A DNA stretch of 64,000 bases, from positions 1-64,000 of IMG/VR virus record IMGVR_UViG_3300032030_000047. One strand, given 5' to 3'. The DNA is from a virus (taxonomy: Duplodnaviria; Caudoviricetes). Of this stretch, positions 19,366 to 26,760 are shown piece after piece (position 1 is the first letter of the stretch; every line of letters begins with the position of its first letter). Below the pieces are notes generated by a model. The model was not told where the DNA came from. It worked only from the letters and a program-made list of their open reading frames with translations, and ran no database searches. The position numbers and the translations under genes were made by a program.

Positions 19366-19442
19366 TGGGTGATACGACAGGACTTGAACCTGCAATGTCT
19401 GGAGCCACAATCCAGCGTGTATACCATTCCACCACGTACCAC
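19366..19442 (-). tRNA. tRNA-His(GUG) with G-1
   Basis: G-1:C73, encoded CCA. Confidence 0.9.
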
Positions 19443-19445
19443 ATA

Positions 19446-19521
19446 TGGTACCCTGTATAGGAATCGAACCTATGACACACGGCTTAGAAGGCCGTTGTTC
19501 TGTCCGCTGAACTAACAGGGC
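19446..19521 (-). tRNA. tRNA-Arg(UCU)
   Basis: Cloverleaf, A20, CCA. Confidence 0.92.
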
Positions 19522-19526
19522 ATAAG

Positions 19527-19600
19527 TGCACGTGGTGAGAATCGAACTCACGATACCCGGTTTAAAAGACCGGTGCCATCAACCACTTGGCTACACGTGC
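19527..19600 (-). tRNA. tRNA-Lys(UUU)
   Basis: Cloverleaf. Confidence 0.9.
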
Positions 19601-19664
19601 GAGTTAATTAATAAATCTCCTATGTTTTCGTTTCATTATAATCACCTTCATAATATATTCTAAG

Positions 19665-19736
19665 TACCCGCGATAGGAGTCGGACCTGCAACCTCGAAAT
19701 TAAGAGTTTCTTGCGCTACCATTGCGCCACGCGGAT
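19665..19736 (-). tRNA. tRNA-Lys(CUU)
   Basis: Cloverleaf, T loop TCCGACT. Confidence 0.8.
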
Positions 19737-19844
19737 ATATTCCGTGGCTCTTTTACTTCGCCACGGCGAAGGTTATTCTCACTACCGCGAACAACTTTAA
19801 AGGGCGTCCATAGTGTCCATACTATCACTGGCTATTATAGGATT

Positions 19845-19920
19845 TGGTACCCGCTGACGGACTTGAACCGCCGACATCTTCCTTGTAAGGGAAGCACTCT
19901 CCCAGCTGAGCTAAACGGGC
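19845..19920 (-). tRNA. tRNA-Val(UAC)
   Basis: Canonical, CCA. Confidence 0.92.
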
Positions 19921-20163
19921 ATATAGTAGATTTGGGATTCCACCCCGTGGTCTACCACACCACACCTCTGCTATCTTGATGAGCTAAAGCGACACGTCTA
20001 CGCATGAGGCACTAACATAAGGCGACAAACATTTTACGCAGTTTTCCCATACCTGCAACCTTAACCTACCTGGGTCTAACGTTATACACCGGTGTTGTGT
20101 CACGGATTTCTTTCCACCCGGCTTAGTCCTACGGCTATTCTTTGGAAGGGGAATAGCACCCAG

Positions 20164-20237
20164 AGCCATCGAAGAGACTTGAACTCCTGACCCACACACT
20201 TCTTTATGTGCCACTCTACCAACTGAGCTACGACGGC
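20164..20237 (-). tRNA. tRNA body with unreadable anticodon loop (undetermined or pseudo)
   Basis: Intact acceptor, D and T arms; loop TAAAGAAG is 8 nt and lacks U33. Confidence 0.65.
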
Positions 20238-20277
20238 ATAAAGAGCGGAAAATCCGCTCAAGGAAAGTTACTAAAGC

Positions 20278-20817
20278 TTAGGGCCATTCTCCAAGGGGCA
20301 TTCCAAGTCCTGCGCGCTCAACATTGGTATTATAGAATACACCTTCAGTTGCAGGCCCAGTCAGAAGCTCACTGGCAATTGTCTCATATAGAGTACTAAT
20401 TACTCCATGGCAATCATTTAGATTATCAGCCGCGAACTGTACAACACAGTTGTTGAATACAACATAAGTAGTACCAATCCACTGATATCCTTCTTCCGCG
20501 GGGCATACAGAATATGCATAGGCAGGATTCTTGGCAAAAGCAGTATCAAACAGCTCAACCTTACTCTTAAAGGTGCGGTTGCTTGGAACGCCATCAATCA
20601 TGATCTTTAGTGTTACATTACCAAAACCTACTTCATCTGGTAGAATCTGGCATAGGGCTGCAACCTTGTCTCCGTTGTTACAGGAGAGAACAACAGAAGG
20701 ATGTTCACCACTAAAGTCAACATTGAAAGCAATCTGCGGATCGCCATCAAATAGAGCTTCTAGCTTCCTTACTAGAATAGTCCATGGGGGAAGAATCTTT
20801 AGTCTTGGTTCATTCAT
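20278..20817 (-). CDS. Conserved hypothetical phage protein
   Basis: 179-aa ORF with GGAGG RBS. Confidence 0.75.
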   Translation of the reverse strand: MNEPRLKILPPWTILVRKLEALFDGDPQIAFNVDFSGEHPSVVLSCNNGDKVAALCQILPDEVGFGNVTLKIMIDGVPSNRTFKSKVELFDTAFAKNPAYAYSVCPAEEGYQWIGTTYVVFNNCVVQFAADNLNDCHGVISTLYETIASELLTGPATEGVFYNTNVERAGLGMPLGEWP

Positions 20818-20859
20818 ATTATAGGTACCTCCAAAATGAATTGCGCTTTTCGCGCGAAG

Positions 20860-21401
20860 CCTCCAGCCGACGATTCGAACGCCGATTTTGTGGTCACGTC
20901 TCCAATACTTATCCTTCTACCTCCATTAAAATTTTTTCTACTTCATAATCTGAAGCATAGTGTACTATAGAGGATGCATTGTTCTTTGGCGCTACAAAAC
21001 GTAAAGTTTTTCGTGTACTACATTCAGTAATGGGAATGAGATACCCTTGTCCATTCCAATTGGTATAAAAATAATCAATTTCAGTATCTAAATATTTTCG
21101 ATGATTATCATATTGTCCTTGTTTAACATTTCGAGTAGAGCGACATTCAAATGTTACTCCCGAAATATCTTCATCAATTGGATGGCAACTTTTACATTGA
21201 ATACGAATAAACTTACCGTTTATATCTGCTACAAAATCATATCTACAAGGAGAAATTGGTTGACTTACTACAATACCTAATTTAGTAAAATCTAATTGGC
21301 ATTGTAATTCAGTTATTGTGCCTTTTTGTATTGTATCCATATTTTTCCTAGGATAAGTTTAGTGACGTAGCCACACGTTCTGTCCCTTAGACTAGCCGGA
21401 G
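20860..21401 (-). tRNA. tRNA-Arg(ACG) split by a 470-nt insert (20896-21365) that carries an endonuclease ORF
   Basis: CTCCGGC/GCTGGAG acceptor, D arm GGACAGAAC as in Arg(UCU), TGTGG-CTACG|insert|GA-CCACA, CGGCG-TTCGAAT-CGTCG. Confidence 0.78.
20909..21340 (-). mobile_element. PD-(D/E)XK homing endonuclease (I-Ssp6803I/PDDEXK_5-like) inside the tRNA-Arg insert
   Basis: KGTITE...RYDFV...IQCKS...IDYF pattern. Confidence 0.8.
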
Positions 21402-21520
21402 ATAATGTGCTACCTTCATGGGCCGTGGTCCGCATGCAGAGCCTAAGCGTGAACCCTCTCGCAGTAGTAGCACGGGATGCGTCAAATCCATCCACTGGGT
21501 TGTCAGCTGAACAACAATCG

Positions 21521-21594
21521 TACCTCTCGTGAGATTCGAACTCACACTGTATGCGTTCTTAGCGCACTATCTCTGCCAATTGGATTAGGGAGGC
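21521..21594 (-). tRNA. tRNA-Leu(AAG), short variable loop
   Basis: GTGCG-CTAAGAA-CGCAT, A73. Confidence 0.8.
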
Positions 21595-21675
21595 AAATTA
21601 CAGGAATTAGTTTCACACTACCTGCTCGTGTGCCACGTCTTTTCAGCTGCTAACTGGAGGCCCGTGTGGTGGGTC

Positions 21676-21761
21676 TGGTGCGCCGGGATGGGATCGAACC
21701 ATCCGAGTCATTGACAGCGGTTTTACGGACCGCCCCGCTACCTTCTACGGACTACCGACGC
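21676..21761 (-). tRNA. tRNA-Tyr(GUA), C33
   Basis: Long variable arm, A73-CCA, loop CCGTAAA. Confidence 0.8.
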
Positions 21762-21764
21762 ATA

Positions 21765-21990
21765 AATTTTCAGATGAAGCCGATCGCTCTTCACTTTAAC
21801 GGAACTGTTACCTTCCGGATCTGTCTCGCAGTATCTTGCGCTCACGCTGTTCATTATAGTCCCTGCTTGTGAGACCCCAGGACTATTACCAACCACTCGC
21901 GTCCCACCGCCTTCTTCAATATCACTTATAGGTAATAACGCTTACGCTCCCTCTTCGCTGATATTGTCATGCGCCAAAGCCTTGTCCGTT
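21765..21990 (-). ncRNA. Candidate structured ncRNA
   Basis: Stems CAATATCA/TGATATTG, ATAGTCC/GGACTAT, CGGAA/TTCCG; no ORF. Confidence 0.4.
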
Positions 21991-21997
21991 GGTAGAG

Positions 21998-22070
21998 AGC
22001 CCCCACTCGGATGCGCGCCGAGGTTTATCGCTTACGAAGCGATTGTACTAGACTGCTGTACGATAGAGGC
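21998..22070 (-). tRNA. tRNA with CGU anticodon (Thr), atypical T loop and U73
   Basis: ATCGC-TTCGTAA-GCGAT; T loop CGCGCAT. Confidence 0.7.
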
Positions 22071-22229
22071 AAATGGGAGAAGTCAGTCATTCCTAATGCT
22101 CCCTGGAGTTCAATTTATATCCCGCCTAAAAATGACACTCATCGGCGGCGTACAAGAAAGTTTTCTTTCTCGGGATCTCTCCCCTTGGTACATAAATATT
22201 ATAACAAAATTTTTATTAAAAGTCAAATA

Positions 22230-24065
22230 TTAATCGAAGCAATCTCCAACATGATTAATTATTACTTCTATACCCAATGGAGTACCATAATCATTAATAG
22301 AAATAAGTTTTTGCCACTTGCCTTCATGGCCTTCCGGTTCTATATAAAGCCATACTTGCCCCTGTTCATCTATTTTTGTTTCCTTAACTTCTTTCGCAAT
22401 AGCTGGAGGAAGTGGTGGAATAGTAGGAGTAGGGGTAGGAGTTGGTGTTGGACTCGGCCGCGGAGTTACTGTAGGAGTTTCGGTTACGACTGTGGATGTC
22501 TCGGTTGGAGTAGGAATTATCGTTGGAGTGGCTGTCGGTATCGTAGGTGTCTCTGTTGGTGTAGGCGTAGGCGTTGGTGTTGGAGACGGAGTAGGTGTAA
22601 CAGAATACTCAACCGCTGGTAGCGGGAAATCGCTAATCTTTGTATCTTGTGGTGTATACAAAGTCGCAGTTGTGTTTGTTAAAAGTGGAATCCCACCTTG
22701 TGATCCGTTGAAATCATATTGTCCATATTCGCCTGCCGCTGTTTGCGGATTACTTAACTTAATACTATAATGCAATTCTACAGAATCGCATAGTAATAGA
22801 TTAGTATTAATAATCCACTCGAAATAATCATTCTCTTCCTCACCGTGATATATTAACGTAAATAGTTCTCCAAAAGAGAATGTTACATTATCACTAGTGG
22901 TCGCATCAATGCGTTCTCCATTCCAAATTACATAAAGTCTACTAGCATCTGGAATAAAGTCCATATCATATTCATTACCTAAATTATCAATACCAGAGCC
23001 CATATAGTCCTTTACATAACTACCTGTAGTAACATACGATATTTCTTTGCCAATATTACTTAAAGAGAAACTTCTGCCGCCATTCAAATATTGCATAAAT
23101 GACTGGGCATATTGGCTTGTTCTATAAGAGAAATCTTCGCTATCGACATAAACTGCATAGCAATTGAAGCCTTTATGCTGTGCATCGACATAAGACATCA
23201 TAGCATAATACAGTGCCACATCTGAAGATACAGCATGAGCAGCCAAATTGCTCCTAATATAGCTAGTCGCATTATTATAATAGTTACGAGGATCCCAATC
23301 CCATCCATGTTCATACAAATCGCCATCGCGATTCATAGCTTTTCTAACTTCGACAAAATATTCGTACCAGTCTGCGGGCGCAGCGTAAGTACCATACTTA
23401 AATAGATATGTGTCTGGCCCGGCGACAATATTGTTTCCATACTGCTGTACTACTACAGTTTCCCCTTCTGTTTTTGTGCCAGCATAGCGTAATTCTCCAT
23501 TCTTTTGGTAAACATGTGTATCTCCATCGCTAAGTATAATTAAATACTTATTGGATGCTGGTACTCCGCTATGATGAGCAAGCATATCTGTACCAACTAG
23601 AATACCAGAATTAAGATTAGTACCACGATGGGTATATTTAGAAGGATGGTTTTTTGCTATTACAGTCCCATCTAGTTGCCTATAAATCTTTGATTTGCCA
23701 TAAAAATATACAATTCCGACATTAATATCATCTCTAGTATCTGCTGCGGACATATATTGCTGTAATAGACGCTCCGCCGCACTATCCATGGACAGAGAAG
23801 CATCTACTACAAATACAATATCATATACATCAACGCTAGTAGTTGGTATTTTTAGCATTATATCAGACTCATAGTTTTCATCCAAATTAGTAGCTGTTTT
23901 AGTAACAGTCACTTTATTCAGATTAGTATGAGCAATTGTTGGTATATTTACCTCACCACTATCTATTGATATTTCTGGGGTGTACTCGTCACTTTCTATA
24001 ATTGTCTCAGCAATACTAGCAAATGGCATCATGAGGGCTGTTAATATTGCTAGAAATTTTTTCAT
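22230..24065 (-). CDS. Secreted vWA-domain protein with Pro/Thr-rich linker
   Basis: Signal peptide, DASLSM MIDAS, LSDGD, (TP)n repeats. Confidence 0.8.
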   Translation of the reverse strand: MKKFLAILTALMMPFASIAETIIESDEYTPEISIDSGEVNIPTIAHTNLNKVTVTKTATNLDENYESDIMLKIPTTSVDVYDIVFVVDASLSMDSAAERLLQQYMSAADTRDDINVGIVYFYGKSKIYRQLDGTVIAKNHPSKYTHRGTNLNSGILVGTDMLAHHSGVPASNKYLIILSDGDTHVYQKNGELRYAGTKTEGETVVVQQYGNNIVAGPDTYLFKYGTYAAPADWYEYFVEVRKAMNRDGDLYEHGWDWDPRNYYNNATSYIRSNLAAHAVSSDVALYYAMMSYVDAQHKGFNCYAVYVDSEDFSYRTSQYAQSFMQYLNGGRSFSLSNIGKEISYVTTGSYVKDYMGSGIDNLGNEYDMDFIPDASRLYVIWNGERIDATTSDNVTFSFGELFTLIYHGEEENDYFEWIINTNLLLCDSVELHYSIKLSNPQTAAGEYGQYDFNGSQGGIPLLTNTTATLYTPQDTKISDFPLPAVEYSVTPTPSPTPTPTPTPTETPTIPTATPTIIPTPTETSTVVTETPTVTPRPSPTPTPTPTPTIPPLPPAIAKEVKETKIDEQGQVWLYIEPEGHEGKWQKLISINDYGTPLGIEVIINHVGDCFD

Positions 24066-24079
24066 TATGCATTACTCCA

Positions 24080-24463
24080 TTACTTGGTTAGTGTTACGGT
24101 TACTCGGAAAATCCAGTCTGCATTATCTGCATTTAGATTAAAACTATAGGTTTCGCCGCCATCTATAGAGAACCAATCTCCATCGGGCGCTTTAGCTTCC
24201 CATCTATAAGACTTGTTATAATCGGCGGGATTATAATAATCGGATTGTTCTGTAGTAACATTGGCAGTAAGCGTTACTGTAGCGCCTTTCTCTAGTGTCT
24301 GATTAGCTTGCGCGCAACTAATTGATACATGCCAACCAGGGTCTGGTAAAGCCATTGTGACATTGGGGTCGTAGCCCTCACTTGTCGCGGTGCCCTCCGA
24401 CAGAGCCGGAATAACTGCAAAACATAGCGCTAGAGTCATAAGTAGTACGATTAGTTTCTTCAT
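24080..24463 (-). CDS. Secreted Ig-like protein
   Basis: Signal peptide, beta-rich with YRWE and FRVTV. Confidence 0.7.
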   Translation of the reverse strand: MKKLIVLLMTLALCFAVIPALSEGTATSEGYDPNVTMALPDPGWHVSISCAQANQTLEKGATVTLTANVTTEQSDYYNPADYNKSYRWEAKAPDGDWFSIDGGETYSFNLNADNADWIFRVTVTLTK

Positions 24464-24562
24464 TGTGTATTCCTCCTTTTATTTTAAAATAAGGACGCCA
24501 ATAATGGCGTCCATACATCGCAGCCAAAAGGCGGTAGGTTCCAAGCTCCGCCTAATGGAAAG

Positions 24563-24646
24563 TCCGGGTGGTGGGATTCGAACCCACAAGGAGCTTCGCT
24601 CCGACAGATTTTAAGTCTGTTGCCTGGGCCGTTCGGCTACACCCGG
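24563..24646 (-). tRNA. tRNA-Leu(UAA), long variable arm
   Basis: Canonical type II cloverleaf. Confidence 0.9.
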
Positions 24647-24740
24647 ATAAAATACAGGATTCGTTCGCCACACGTCTATGGTCAAGCAGAGTATTAAGTG
24701 AAGTAGCTTTCTCATCACTCCTGTAAATTTGATAGTATAA

Positions 24741-24799
24741 AACCCCGTATGCGAACTATCATTGCGCTCTAGAAACGCCTGCTTTGCTGTCTCGGGGAT
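24741..24799 (-). ncRNA. Mini Y-RNA-like element
   Basis: CCCCG/CGGGG stem followed by AGACAGCAA. Confidence 0.5.
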
Positions 24800-24809
24800 C
24801 AATTTACGG

Positions 24810-25345
24810 ATTCTTCATCCGGGATTAATTTATGGGATATTCATCCCATTCTTGATTTCGGGGAATCTCCCCTGCGGCCAAGAGAAGCCTTATCTACGGC
24901 GCGAGAGGCGTGCTAGGTTCTTGACCTAGCGGGTTGCGCTTCGGCGTAGGGGTGGACCAAGCCTTTCAACTAGCCCAAACGGTAGTTTTTCAGTCATACT
25001 GGACATCCTGTAATAGAAAATGCAACTAGTATTCAGCACCATTTCTCGATGCTGGCATCTCCTAATAGGAAGCACGTACTCATTAAGCACATACCACGAC
25101 TAGTTCCGACATTTATAACGCGCGCGTCTCAGTCGTCAGCAATCGCGCTAGATGAATGGTCTATTTTTTACTTGCTACTGCCATCACCATCGAAAGCGCA
25201 AGCTATATATTTATCTAACCCCTATAGTGGGTGGTTTTCGCGTTTTATATACCGATTCGGAAAACATAGAGACCGGTTGTCCGTTTCATATGGTAGAATA
25301 CATCGACCGGTACGGGCGTCCGGTCGGAACGGCTCATACTACCAA
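24810..25345 (-). ncRNA. Candidate large structured ncRNA (~535 nt)
   Basis: No credible ORF; at least 7 hairpins, e.g. CGACCGG/CCGGTCG, CAGCATC/GGTGCTG, GCTAGGT/ACCTAGC, ATGGGAT/ATCCCAT. Confidence 0.55.
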
Positions 25346-25351
25346 AAATAC

Positions 25352-25413
25352 TAGGCACATTAAAAAAACTTTTAATAGCAAGTTATTCCTCATAGGTTTG
25401 CTGCGTGTGCCTA
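25352..25413 (-). ncRNA. Mini Y-RNA-like element
   Basis: TAGGCAC/GTGCCTA stem followed by ACGCAGCAA. Confidence 0.55.
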
Positions 25414-25417
25414 TAAC

Positions 25418-25478
25418 ATGACACCTTATATTTTATCAGAATATATGTAAATGATTATAAAATTGCTGTCGGTGTCAT
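25418..25478 (-). ncRNA. Mini Y-RNA-like element
   Basis: ATGACACC/GGTGTCAT stem followed by GACAGCAA. Confidence 0.55.
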
Positions 25479-25479
25479 T

Positions 25480-25730
25480 TTAATTACCGAGGCCCTCGCA
25501 TATACGTAATATGTGGATACCTCGTGCCTCCTGTACCTTACAGGTCGGTCTGTCTATTCTGTATACATGCTATTTTAGTATCACTCTTTTGGCATAGCTG
25601 CCTCACCACGGCTGTCGTCGCTCACGAGACCTGCGTCCGTAGATAGTATGGGCGTACCATTGCTATCTATTACCACAGCGCCGGACCTCAACCGGCCAGT
25701 CATATCCTGTCAATTCAGGCTTTATGTGGT
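25480..25730 (-). ncRNA. Candidate structured ncRNA (~250 nt)
   Basis: Stems ACCACA/TGTGGT, TAGATAG/CTATCTA, CCTGTA/TACAGG, CGAGG/CCTCG. Confidence 0.45.
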
Positions 25731-25734
25731 TGAA

Positions 25735-25809
25735 TGGTACCCTATCCCGGGGATGATCCGGGCCTTCGTGCTTGAAGGGCACGCGACTTAACCGATTGTC
25801 CAATAGGGC
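25735..25809 (-). tRNA. tRNA-Glu(UUC), C33 and atypical T loop
   Basis: CGTGC-CCTTCAA-GCACG; T loop ATCATCC; CCA. Confidence 0.75.
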
Positions 25810-25901
25810 ATATCAAAGAGGGCACGTTTTATAGTGCGGTGCCCGAGCACTAACACTCTTTCACCAAATGCTGCAGAGGTGAAGGGAATGTTGAAGTAGC
25901 G

Positions 25902-26019
25902 CGGGAGATAGAGGAGTTGAACCTCTCTAGCGCGGTTAATTGTCTGATATAGGGCCTGCCCCTATTATATCTCTTTGGTATCAGGCCAGCCGCGTGCTAA
26001 TCCGATTAGCGAATCTCCC
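25902..26019 (-). tRNA. tRNA-Asn(GUU) interrupted by a 47-nt insert (25940-25986) between positions 34 and 35
   Basis: GGGAGAT/ATCTCCC-G acceptor, CGCGG-CTG|insert|TTAA-CCGCG, AGAGG-TTCAACT-CCTCT. Confidence 0.8.
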
Positions 26020-26070
26020 ATATCTTTCTTACAAATATATTATAATATAATTTTGTAAGAAAGTCAATGA

Positions 26071-26676
26071 TTAAATTTTTTCCCATTCTTCATCGGAATA
26101 AGAATTAATTTCTTTTTTTGTCCTTGGCAAATTCATACTGTCACACCATTTACGAATACTGTTATCTTCTACTCCAAATTGTTTTCCAATTTGAGTAAAA
26201 GGCATAGTTCGAATTAATTGCTTTAATTCTTCTCGTGAAGGTCTTTCACAAGCTCTTCTAGCCTTTGCTGCACAACTTGGACAGCGAATCGCGGCAGAAT
26301 CTATTTGACAATGGCAATCAATACAATAATTTAATTTAGCAGTCATTTTATCATTACGTTCATTAATTAATCTTTGTGCTAATTCATTATTGAACACATG
26401 CTCCGTTGGAGCATCATAATAACCGCTATGCACTCCTCTATGACAATTCGCGCATAATAAAAAACATTTTTTTACTTCATTTAAGTCAGTTTCAATATCA
26501 TGACAAGTTCCTCTTGAAGATATTCCATAATCCTTTTTAGTCGGGTCTTCGTGATGAAATTCTAATGCGTCTGCGAATAAATCAAAACCGCATATCTGAC
26601 ATTTTCCACCTAAAACCTAAATAAGATTTTGTTTTCTTCTTCTACGATAATTACTTACATCTTCTGCTCTACTCAT
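26071..26676 (-). CDS. Free-standing HNH endonuclease with C-terminal DNA-binding segment (201 aa, code 15)
   Basis: GGAGG RBS; MSRAED...LI(Q)VLGGKCQICG...EFHH...LCANCHRGVH. Confidence 0.8.
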
Positions 26677-26760
26677 AATAATTCCTCCTATGAATTAAAA
26701 TTATGGCCGGTAATAGGAGTACCTTCATCTCGTTGGTCATGACTCCAACGCTACCCAAAC

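Noticed and set aside
20896-21365. Group I intron or archaeal BHB intron in tRNA-Arg
   Set aside because: Only 38 nt lie outside the ORF; exon 1 does not end in U and the insert does not end in G; a 3-4-3 BHB could not be built.
21313-21495. tmRNA suggested by GGATTTGAC plus the T arm at 20870
   Set aside because: The T arm and acceptor belong to the split tRNA-Arg (CTCCGGC/GCTGGAG); no G3-U70 pair and no tag peptide.
22400-22620. Tandem repeat or CRISPR-like array
   Set aside because: It encodes the Pro/Thr linker of the vWA protein; no repeat-spacer structure was seen anywhere in the window.
24556-24570. RNase P RNA (GGAAAGTCC on plus strand)
   Set aside because: It is the reverse complement of the tRNA-Leu(UAA) 3' end and flank; the other conserved RNase P regions are absent.
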